DNA of 64,000 nucleotides from the NCBI GenBank assembly GCA_963826525.1, contig CAWGXH010000004.1, positions 1,440,001-1,504,000 on the forward strand, in the 5' to 3' direction. The notes beneath the pieces were generated by a model. The model was not told the DNA's origin, ran no database searches, and saw only the letters and a list, made by a program, of their open reading frames with translations. Made by a program: the position numbers and the translations under genes. Positions 31,887-41,554 of this stretch are shown here, piece by piece (position 1 is the first letter of the stretch; the number at the start of each line of letters is the position of its first letter). The DNA comes from an uncultured Methanomicrobiaceae archaeon. GTDB taxonomy: Archaea; Halobacteriota; Methanomicrobia; Methanomicrobiales; Methanoculleaceae.

Positions 31887-31990
31887 GGCCGTATGAGCGG
31901 GGGTAATTTTCGGAGGTGCTTTCCTATGCCCCGCCTCGAGATCGGCCGTCTGCGGCCGTCTGTGAGGGTGGTTTTTTCGGCGGGATTTGG
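31887..31990 (+). repeat. About 105-bp imperfect direct repeat, copy 2
   Basis: Aligns with 28771-28874. Confidence 0.85.
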
Positions 31991-32234
31991 GCGGGATTGG
32001 GAGTATTTAATCAGAGCAGCAACTGCGAACCTGTCTGGCGGTGAGTGCTACATCGACGCGACGACGGTTGCCGGAGAGACGGTCCGGTGACACGAGCACT
32101 ACTTCTCATTCGATACGGGGGCTTCCCGGGCATGGTCAAGTACAGGCCGCGTTCTGGCTCGACAGAATACGAGCCTTGTCATGAATTTGCACGATGGAAT
32201 TACCAGTTATCTGAGTAGAACTGGGCGAGGCAAC

Positions 32235-32374
32235 CGAGAGATTTTTGCGTTCCTGTGCAACGAGGGGCTGATCCTCGAAGACCTCGGCACCAGGTCGCGG
32301 ACCTTGCAGGATTCAGGGGCATTCTGATCCATGTGTAATGGGGGCTGAACCTTGACGAGGTATATGGTTCTTGA
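32235..32374 (+). pseudogene. Decayed 3' part of a HepT/DUF86 HEPN toxin gene
   Basis: REIFAFLCNEGLILEDLG then, after a frame change, LAGFRGILIHV*WGLNLDEVY, matching the AGFRNxLxHxY..LD...VY signature with an internal stop. Confidence 0.6.
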
Positions 32375-32430
32375 TGGATGCGGGGTGCGAAGGAGATATG
32401 TTTATTATAAAACGTTATGTACATCAAAGC

Positions 32431-33301
32431 ATGAAAATTTGTCCAAATTGCGATTTCGATAATTTTGGTAATCTGGAATACTGTGAAGGGTGTGGACGAT
32501 CGATTCATAGTGTTAGACCGGAATTTTTTACTATTACTGATTTTGTTAAAAAGAACAGTCAAGTATATGCGATAATTGGAATCTTTCTCGGCCTATTCCA
32601 ATATTTTGTTAATTCACCTGATCCTGAATGTAAAGGTTACATCTTTATTTCCACTATTTATATCGTTTTACTTAATGTCTTCATTACTGATAAAGGGAAC
32701 TCAAATTGTAATCTCACATCCCGATGAAAACTCATTTAATCGCTATTTTGACGCAAATTCTTTTGAATTTTGGATATTCATGTCCCTGAATATTTCTCTA
32801 ATTATTGGGTTAATCTGGAGTGCAGGTAATCAATTTATTCTTTCGATTTGCCTCTTAGTTAGCATTGCGATGATATTTGTAGAATTTAGCAGAAGACTAT
32901 CAAATGAAACGGGCTTTACTGTTATGCTAATGTGGCTAACATTACTTCCGATTTTTTTTATTGAGGTAGGATGGTTAGTTTTTCAAGTCCTATTAACACT
33001 AATCAAAAATCTAACGGACCCAATGCTATTTTTTTGGGCGTATATGGCTCCATTGTTTTTATTATTTTTGGGTATCGGAACTGCTTATGCGAGCATGTTT
33101 ATTCTCATTTGGCTAATTATTGCAGGAAGACAACGTGATGTTGAGATCAAAACACGGTGCTCGTGGGCATCACTATGTGAAATATTCTCTCATTACCGTA
33201 AACCATTCCAAGATGATATTCGCATGACATTTTTTTTAGGATTGATCATTTTAATGGGAATTGGGATTCTGTTAACTAATAGCCCTTCCTTAAAAATTTA
33301 A
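32431..33301 (+). CDS. Low-GC multi-pass membrane protein with N-terminal zinc ribbon (frame change near 32630)
   Basis: MKICPNCDFDN...YCEGCG followed by several hydrophobic segments; TATA-like TTTATTATAAAA about 25 bp upstream. Confidence 0.7.
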
Positions 33302-33526
33302 CTCCTTCTTCAATCGTTGAATGGTGATAAGATATTTCCATCTTCCCCCCTTCCCAAAACACACTGTGATTTTCACCACAGTGCGCTCGTACATGTCACA
33401 GTCTGGTTTTCGGGCAGCGTAGAGCAAACCTACAGTCCCGCCCATTCCTAACGAGGCTCACAAAAATTGACTGGATTTAGACTTAAATTCCGAACGGAGT
33501 AAATCTCATGGAGAAATTTTATTTTA

Positions 33527-33559
33527 CTCGTTATGTGTATGCACCTAACACATAACGAG
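33527..33559. repeat. Perfect 12-9-12 palindrome with an extra half site at 33637-33647
   Basis: CTCGTTATGTGT-ATGCACCTA-ACACATAACGAG; TCGTTATGTGT recurs at 33637. Confidence 0.8.
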
Positions 33560-33814
33560 ACTCGGTATTTCAGAATACTAATAATCTCTCAACTAAATAG
33601 CAATCAAAAGCAGATAATACGTTATTATTCTCCACATCGTTATGTGTCACCGGGAATCCAGGAGCAAAGGGAGATGATTTATTTCCCTCCAAAAATCCCA
33701 TCTCTTATCCTCCCGAATAGAATTTTACGAAAGCGCGGGCGAAAGATGCTGATTTCATTAGCACCTTGATGTAATGTGGCGCACCTCTCTGCAAAAAGAA
33801 GAGGAGATCTTCCC

Positions 33815-36105
33815 TTAATTATTAGTTATGGTGAAACCATTCACGAGTGTTCCGGATTGTCCGTCACTGTTAGTCACGACAACATTCCAGTCTCCTGTGG
33901 GATTTCCATTTGGCAAGGAAATCTTGCAACCTATTGATGTAGAACCGGTAATGTATATGTTCGTTGCAATGATGTCCGACTCCCCTGATCGAGTTAATTT
34001 CACTGTTGCTCCACTCATGAACGTCAATTCCCCGTGATCGTTGGCCACACATTATTGTTTTTCTTCCCGCTGTTTGGAGAAATCCCCGTCACTGTCGTGG
34101 GCCGCTCCAACCTGGAGTGCATAATCCTCCGCCCCGCCCACATAGTAGACCCGGTCGCTGCCCGGATTGATGAGTTGCATCAGTCCACCGCTGTTGGGCC
34201 GAATGTTATGGAGGGTAATCTGGTGATTGTCGTTTACATAGTTGTACAGGGTCGATCCATCGTAGACTGAAGTACGTGTTCGCCATACCTGATGCGACAA
34301 CCATTGTGAGGGTCGAACTGAAGGAATCGCTGTTGCTGATGTATATGCCATCGATAGTTCCTCTCCCAACTTCTACGCCGTTAATGTGCATCATGACATC
34401 ATCGAACGAGAACGAATTAATATCCTGGCCGCCATGTTTGCATAGATGTTCCCTTTCCCGTCTGGTCCCGATTGTCAGGCGAACGATATTCCCTCCGTTT
34501 AACTGATGCTGATGGCCGGCTACGGTAACGTAACTGTCGGCTCCGGTCACCCGGAACTGGAGGTAACCTCCGGGCCGGAGCGCTCCTGACTTATACGTGT
34601 CAAGCGTAACCGACTTTACGCTCACCGGTGCCGTAACCGTCACATATCTGACCTTCGTCTCGGTGTCGCTCCCACCTGCATTCGTCGCTGTCAGGGTGAC
34701 CGTATAGGTTCCAGCAGATGCGTAGGTGTGGCTCGGGTTCTGCAATGCTGACGTCCCGACGTCACCGAAGTTCCAGAGCCACGAGGTCGGGGTGCCGGTG
34801 GAGGCATCGGTGAACTGGACGATAAGCGGTGCGGTTCCCGACGTCGGGGTGGCAGAGAAGTCCGTTGCCGGCGGTGGGACGGTCACGGTGATGTATCCCG
34901 CCTTCTCTTCGGTATCGCTGCCGCCTGCGTTGGTGGCGGTCAGGGATACCGTGTATGTCCCGGCTGCAGCGTAGGTGTGGCTCGGGTTCTGCAGGGTTGA
35001 CATCCCCCCGTCGCCGAACGTCCAGCTCCAGGACGTCGGTTCATTTGTCGAGGCATCGGTGAACAGGACTGCGAGCGGTGCGGTTCCGGTCGTCACGTTC
35101 GCGGAAAAAGCGGCGGTCGGGGGCTGTGTCGGCTCCGTAACGATAATATAGCCTGACCTTTGTCTCCGTGTCGCTGCCGCCGGCGTTCGCTGCCGTCAGG
35201 GTGACGGTGTACGTCCCGGCCGCAGCGTAGGTGTGCGAGGGGTTCTGCAATGTCGACGTCCCGCCGTCGCCGAACGTCCAGCCCAGGATGTTGGCGCATT
35301 CGTCGAGGTATCGGTGAACTGGACGATGAGCGATACGGCTCCCGAAAGCGGTGCCCAGTGAAATCCGCAACCGGTGCAGGGGCACGTTCACGGTGATGTA
35401 ATCGGTCTTCGTCTCGGTGTCGCTGCCGAATGCGTTGCTTGCCGTCAGGGAGACGGTGTAGGTGCCGGGGGCTGCGTAGGTATGAGTCGGATGCTGCAGG
35501 GTGGACGTACCGCTGTCACCGAATGTCCACGACCATTCTCTCACCCCTCCCGTCGAGGAGTCTGTGAACTGGACGGTGAGCGGGGCGGTGCCCGATGTCG
35601 GGCTTGCGGAGAATGCTGCGACAGGTGGAACTCCCGGAGTGGCTGGTGGAATCGTGCCGGTCCAGTTGTACGATGCGTAGAAGAGGGACTGTTCCCCACC
35701 CTGACCCGCGTAAATTATTGCAACTTCTGGCGGTGCATCTCCCTCACATAATCTCCCGGATCGTATACGAGGGTTTCGCCGATATGCCACGTATTCCAGC
35801 CGTGGTGCCGTCGATCGTCGAATATATTGCGTTATGTCTTCGACACTCTCCCCATCATCGACGTAGAACTGGAGGAGATTATATGGAATGGATTCCCCCC
35901 CGAGATGGTGGATATACACCTCTCCCCCTGAACCGTAGGAGACGTTAAAAGTGAGATACCGGAGGATCTGAATCTACCGGCTGCAGCACGACTCCGGCGA
36001 CGAAGATGGAGACGCCCACCGATATGATCGTGATGAGCAGCATCGTTCCCACGGCTTCGGAGATGCCGTCTTCACGAAGATTTCTCCGTATCGGTACTCT
36101 GGCAT
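33815..36105 (-). CDS. Pilin-like (class III signal peptide) surface protein with four PKD domains, a beta domain and an IPT/TIG-like end; multiple frame changes
   Basis: EDG|ISEAVGTMLLITII signal, HLGGE motif, repeated FTDAST...W.WTFGDG..STLQNPSHTY..AGTYTV.LT units, terminal WNVVVTNSDGQSGTL; split over ORFs 35945-36154, 35041-35919, 34206-35096, 34052-34369, 33815-34048. Confidence 0.75.
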
Positions 36106-36182
36106 ACCGTTTTGCTCGTGCCCTCGTGTGAGGGGTTCCGCTTCGGCTTCCCACCCGGTCTTTGTCGCATTCACTCCGTCTC

Positions 36183-37270
36183 CTATGGATATATTTGCGT
36201 GTTCCCCCGCATCACCGTCTTCGCCTTCCCGACGAAGTAGACGCCGTTGCCGAGTGCTCCCGTCGAAGCGTACTGCATGATGAGCAGGGTGGGGTGTGCG
36301 GGCTCTATCTCGTAAAACTCAAATGTTTCACTGTTCTGGCCGTCAAGTATGGTCACGTTATTGATGATCAGGCGGGTGTGTTCGGTTCCGCCCTTCACGC
36401 TGAAGTTGAGCGTGGAGGCAAAGTCGCTGTAGTCCGTGATCCAGCTCTCAGTCAGGTCGCCGTTTCCGCTAATCTCCAGCCCCCAGACGCCGTTGTGTCT
36501 CACGTAGATACGGAGATCGTTCACGCCGTCGCCCTGTGCCTGGATGCTCCACCCCTTGTTCCCGAGCATGAAGAACATCAGATCCGGTGTCTTTCCCTGG
36601 ATGAATTCCATCCTGACCGCATCTCCGACGGCAAGGTTCGTTCTGGGATTGCTGCCGATCACCAGGTACGAGCCGGGTGCAGATATCGTGAACTGCAGGG
36701 TACCTTCGAATGTTCCCTGTGATCCACGTTCCGCACGAGTAAAGTAGACGGAGTCTCTCTCGAGTTGTCCCACGAATTGCTCGACGACGAACGTATCGAG
36801 TTCGTCCTGGTCGTCAAAGTGGATGTCGATGTCCCTTCGCTCCTGCCCGGGTGCATCTGGGCCTCCTGTTCGGATTTCGCCGCCCAGCGCCGCCGACTTC
36901 AGGAGCACCGATCCGCCTCCGCCGGTATACACGATGGAGACCCGGTGTGGAACAGCCGTCACCGGGTATGCAGCGTCTCCCCGACAACCCATGGCCATGC
37001 TCCGTCTCCACCGGTAATGGTTGCACCGCTGTTTGGTATGGTGGTGCCGTCGACGACGACCGAAAAGTCACCTTCCTGCAACGGGTCGCCGCCGTTATGC
37101 TTGATCAGGACGGTCGAGGAGGTGTTCCCGACGAGGACATTGATGTTCGGAATCTCGTCTGGCAGCGGCTGGGAGGTTATCGTGACCATGATGATGCCGA
37201 CACCGACGACCAGTACACCGAGCAGGAGGACGATGGCGATGATCTCGGAGACTGCGTTTTCATTCATCAT
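36183..37270 (-). CDS. Pilin-like protein (Pilin_N domain + C-terminal beta domain), frame change near 36990
   Basis: MMNENA|VSEIIAIVLLLGVLVV, IKHNGGDPL, W..GE.L; continues in ORF 36183-36998. Confidence 0.8.
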
Positions 37271-37582
37271 TGCTTGTACGCCCCCTCTGCTGCTGGTGCG
37301 ATTCTTCCCTTCCTGTGTTATGAAGTATGGATGGCGCAATTCTCCGCATTGCCCGTGCATCAGAAATCTGCGTCCTGATTGTCAGGGCTTTTGAGATTCG
37401 AGCCTGTTGTGCCGTGTCGCGTCGATCGGGGTGACTTTGTCAACGGTGATGTCCACCTGCCGGTTTCACCGTGGGACAATGAAAATACGCCTTATGGCGA
37501 AGTTGTCGTATAAATGGATATATATTTCGCTGGTCGCCGCTGCTCCCTGTATTTATATTTTATATGGTTTGAAACTGTTAAA

Positions 37583-37828
37583 CCCAAGTTTGCCATTTGG
37601 CTTCTGGAGGTGCTTCATGCCCCAAAAATGTCAAGATAGCCAGAATAGAATTTGACAGTTGAGTTAAATTTGTGAGTGAAATGCACGTTTTATTATCAGA
37701 ATACCAGATCTGTCTGAAATTCAAGGTCAAAATGAGGAGATTTCGGGAGATATTTTTCCAAATACTTGGAACTGTCAAATTGTGTTCCGTCACAATCTGA
37801 GAGATTTGAGTGGAGTGGCAAACTTAGG
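37583..37828. mobile_element. 246-bp MITE / internally deleted IS with 13-bp terminal inverted repeats and 6-bp target duplication
   Basis: GTTAAA|CCCAAGTTTGCCA ... TGGCAAACTTAGG|GTTAAA; low GC; no transposase-length ORF inside. Confidence 0.85.
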
Positions 37829-37974
37829 GTTAAACAGGCTGAACTCGCCCAAAGAGGTTGATTTTTCCAAGCTATGCGACACCCCCTCGGATGATGATCT
37901 ATGGAAGATTACGATTAAGAAGGGCGCTGCCATGAGTGATGGAGTGACAATGCAGCATCCCGGGTAAAAAGAGA

Positions 37975-39387
37975 TTAGAAGGGATAATCGTCGGGGTCGT
38001 CGATAAACAACCCAATATTTTTGAAGGTGACTGTAGATCCACCCTGTTCGTCAAAGAAACCATCCCGTGTTATAGCAACCCCTTCAAATGATTTACCCTT
38101 AAATGCAACCTTTCCTCGCGGGGCAATTAAAATCCCGGTGAGATATTTTCCTTGCATATGTGTTAAACTAATATCCCCATTGTATGCTATGATTATGACA
38201 TTATATGCGGTATTCTGATCCTCTTGGGGAGGTGTATAACTTTCGGCATAAATCTTCAGGTTGCTGGTCAGGGTTCCCCCGGATGAATAGCCCTTGGCCG
38301 CATACCAATCTGCGGATTTTAAAGACGGTATCTCAATATCCGGTAATTGAACTCCCGGAATGGTGACCCATTTGATGCATTTGGATATAACCGATTCGGG
38401 CACGCCGGAACCGTAGGTAAAGATTCCCGTATAGTAAATACGGGCATTATCATCTATACTCATATGTCCCGGCCCTATGTCGAGATTGCCGTCAACATAC
38501 ATGTTCCCATGAATGTTTGGACCTTTAAGGTAGCAATCACCATTTACGTAAACTGTACCGTAAATATGGCGTTGCCCTTCCTTTAAGGTCAGATCTCCGT
38601 TCACATGAATTTCGCCCGGATGGGTTGGGGATCCTAAATCCTCGTCTCCATTAGGTAAATCCACGTATCCGTTGACATAAATATTGGTGACGTAAGTATC
38701 TGGATTGCTTTTTAGTTCGTTCTTGTCAAGATTGCCATCAGTCAGGATAACCGTCGCACCGGGGCCATTTATCGAATTTCCTTCAAAGTGCAACCTTTTT
38801 CCCAAAATGAAGACGTTCGCATCGATAAAGTCTTGAATTCCGGGTGTCGGCGTCGGCGTAGGAGTCACAGTAGGACTTCCCGTAGGTGTCGCCGTTGGTG
38901 TCCCGGTTTCATCCACGAAAACGTCCTGTGGGATATCCTCTTCATTATCAGGCACGCGAAGGTCGAGCGATTTGAGCATGGCACCCGCTGATCCTGCGGT
39001 ATACATGATCAGGATGGAAGCGGGTTCGTCGTCGGCAATGAAGGAGATTGTATTGCCAATCGACCAGGCGTCGTCGGACGATCCTCCACAGGACCTCACG
39101 TGTATCTCTTCCCTTGCTACATTGTATGCCTGGATCTCAAACTCGCTTGCAGAGATCGTGTCTCCGCCGTTATGGAACAGGGTAAGATCGTACTCAGATG
39201 TGTTCACCGGGCTCTGATCACACCCGATGATAATATCGAGGTTCGGCACCTCGTCGGGCGTGTCCTGGGATGTTACCGTCACCCCGACGACGGCGATGCC
39301 TATCACCGCGACAGTGATGATCAGCATGACGCCGATATTTCCGGAGATCCCGTCCTCGTTTTTGAATTTCATGTGCATTCTCTTCAC
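37975..39387 (-). CDS. Pilin-like protein with PT linker and low-GC beta-helix-like C-terminal domain
   Basis: NEDG|ISGNIGVMLII, HNGGD, WSIG, TPTATPT linker, repeats IYVNG/IHVNGDL/VYVNGDC/MYVDGNL. Confidence 0.85.
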   Translation of the reverse strand: MKRMHMKFKNEDGISGNIGVMLIITVAVIGIAVVGVTVTSQDTPDEVPNLDIIIGCDQSPVNTSEYDLTLFHNGGDTISASEFEIQAYNVAREEIHVRSCGGSSDDAWSIGNTISFIADDEPASILIMYTAGSAGAMLKSLDLRVPDNEEDIPQDVFVDETGTPTATPTGSPTVTPTPTPTPGIQDFIDANVFILGKRLHFEGNSINGPGATVILTDGNLDKNELKSNPDTYVTNIYVNGYVDLPNGDEDLGSPTHPGEIHVNGDLTLKEGQRHIYGTVYVNGDCYLKGPNIHGNMYVDGNLDIGPGHMSIDDNARIYYTGIFTYGSGVPESVISKCIKWVTIPGVQLPDIEIPSLKSADWYAAKGYSSGGTLTSNLKIYAESYTPPQEDQNTAYNVIIIAYNGDISLTHMQGKYLTGILIAPRGKVAFKGKSFEGVAITRDGFFDEQGGSTVTFKNIGLFIDDPDDYPF

Positions 39388-39413
39388 TTCCGTCTGTTTG
39401 TCAGAATCTTCCG

Positions 39414-40347
39414 CTATGCCGTTGTAATCTCCTGCAGGATGGCGCTGTACGAGCCGGTGGTCGTCTCGAGGTTCACCGCTCCCGGTTTCCCGATATCGAT
39501 CATTGTGGAATGGCCATCACCCGCGACGGTGATGGTGTAATCGGAACTGTCGAGGCCGCCGCGGGCAACGGCGTCTGAGAAGACGTGCTCCCAGAGTTCT
39601 GCCGTCCCCTGATTGTCCCAGACATCCCGTGCGTCGTCGTCGTCTGCGGAGATTGTGATAGTGACATTGTTCGCACTGGAAACGGGGGTGGTCGTTTGCA
39701 GACCGTTCTTCAGCCGCGTATCGAGCCGTGCGACGCCCCTGCCGGCAGTCTCCTGGTAGCCGTACATCTGGAGGACTGCAATCTCTACGGTGATGTCTCC
39801 GCCGGTGGTTTCATAAATGGAGATGGGCGGCGAGAGCCGGATGGTTGACCCCTCGTCCTGGGCAAGGAACAGCCCTCCCGTCTGGTAGTAGTAGGTCTGT
39901 TGGAGCCAGTAGTTGTTATCGGATCCGAATTGAACGGCCCCAGTGCTCTTTTGGAAAACCTGAAAGCGTGTGTGACGTGCCGTCATCGTATTCTATTGTA
40001 ATATTCTCGGTCCCGCGCCGGTTCACGTTAATAGCGCCCGACGATGGGATCGGTGCGAGCACCGGGAAGATCATCCCGCCGCCCTGGGTGTAGCCGCCTT
40101 CGGTGGAGAGGTCGAAGGAGGTGCTGAGGGTTGTACCGATCTGGTTATTCAGCCACAGCGAATCGAGGCTAATCTTATAATCGATGAACCGGTCTTTCAC
40201 CGCGTTCATATGGAGGATCTCGTTCTCGCGCCCGATCGCCGGCACGCCGTAGAGCTGGTACATCGAAAGGGCAAGGACGATGACCCCCAGTATCAGCACG
40301 AATCCGACAACTTCCGAGAGACCGTCGTCACGGTGGGCGGGCGGCAT
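39414..40347 (-). CDS. Pilin-like protein (class III signal peptide), frame change near 39960
   Basis: RDDG|LSEVVGFVLILGVIV...GRENEILHM, then NNYWLQQTYYYQTGGLFLAQ in ORF 39414-39986. Confidence 0.82.
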
Positions 40348-40518
40348 AAGAGATACGTGAAATTTCAGCAGGGCGCTATATAACCCTTCTGGAAAGATCC
40401 ACGACGTTTCCCCGGACGTTTTATAAAAACCGTTTCCAAGAATCCCCTATTTTCGATCGAAATGCCCACCTCAGGGCCGCTCCAAGGTTTTTTGATATCA
40501 GGCGTGCAACCATTACGG

Positions 40519-41540
40519 ATGTCTATGGGAGAGGTTCCGCGGCTTGCCTGCGAGAAGGACGGGGTGATGCTCTCGAGCGGGTGCGTCCTCTGCCACGAGG
40601 GTGCGAAACTGGTGCTCTTCGTGACGGGGCGCTGCCGCCGCACCTGCTGGTACTGTCCGCTCTCCCGCGAGCGGAAGGGCAAAGATACCGCCTATGCGAA
40701 CGACCGGCGCATCGAGACGCCGGAGGATATCATCGCCGAGGCGGAGATCATGAGCGCGCTCGGCACCGGGGTCACGGGCGGCGAACCGCTGCTCGTTCTC
40801 GACCGGGTGATCGAGTACTGCACGCTCCTCAAGGATACCTACGGATTCAGCACCAGATCCACCTCTACACCGGAATAGCCCCCGATGAAGAAACGCTTCG
40901 GCGGCTCTCCGGGCTCGTCGACGAGATCCGCCTCCACCCGCCGGAGGAGGACTGGCCCACGATCGCCGAAAGCGAGTGGGCGGCATCCGCGAAGATGGCG
41001 CGGGAGATGGGCTTTGAGATCGGGATCGAGGTGCCGGCACTGCCCGGCCTTGCGCACCTCGAAGCAATCCTGCCGCTCCTTGACTTCCTGAACATCAACG
41101 AACTCGAGTGGGGAGACACCTGCGCCGCCGCGATGCGCGAGCGGGGGTACGAACCCGAGGACGGCTTCCACAACGCCGTCTCGGGCAGCCGCTCCTGGGC
41201 GGAGACGCTCGCGAAGAATCCGAAGGTGCACTGGTGCGCGTCGTCGTTCAAGGACTCGGTGCAGCTACGGGAACGGTTAAAACGTATTGCAGGCAATACT
41301 GCCCGACCGTTCGACGAGATCACCGACGACGGGACGATCGTCTACGGCGTGCTGGAATCCACCCGCCCGCTCGAGGAGATAATCCCGCTCCTCGAGGAGG
41401 AAGGCTACGAGCGGGTCGGCGACCGGATCGAGACGGCATGGTGGCTGCTCGTCGAACACGCCGATGAGTTTCCCGGAAAGAAGGAAGTCGTCGAACGCTA
41501 TCCGAACGGAGGAATGATTGTGGAGGTGACCCCGGTCTGA
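40519..41540 (+). CDS. Conserved archaeal radical SAM protein, frame change near 40845
   Basis: GCVLCHEGAKLVLFVTGRCRRTCWYCPLS, TGGEP, then HLYTG, DEIRLHP, LNINELE, HWC. Confidence 0.9.
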
Positions 41541-41554
41541 AGGCGCGGAAGGGC

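Noticed and set aside
31348-31896. 182-aa ORF across the inverted repeat
   Set aside because: No motif, atypical composition, overlaps repeats; likely spurious.
32410-33650. Integron cassette interpretation (GTTATGT just before the ATG at 32431 and again at 33530 and 33639)
   Set aside because: No integrase, no complementary L boxes, and the candidate attC is over 200 bp from the stop; the upstream site is explained by a leaderless promoter.
34630-35630. Near-identical DNA repeats considered as DGR template/variable repeats
   Set aside because: They are tandem PKD coding units, differences are not adenine-specific, and no reverse transcriptase is present in the window.
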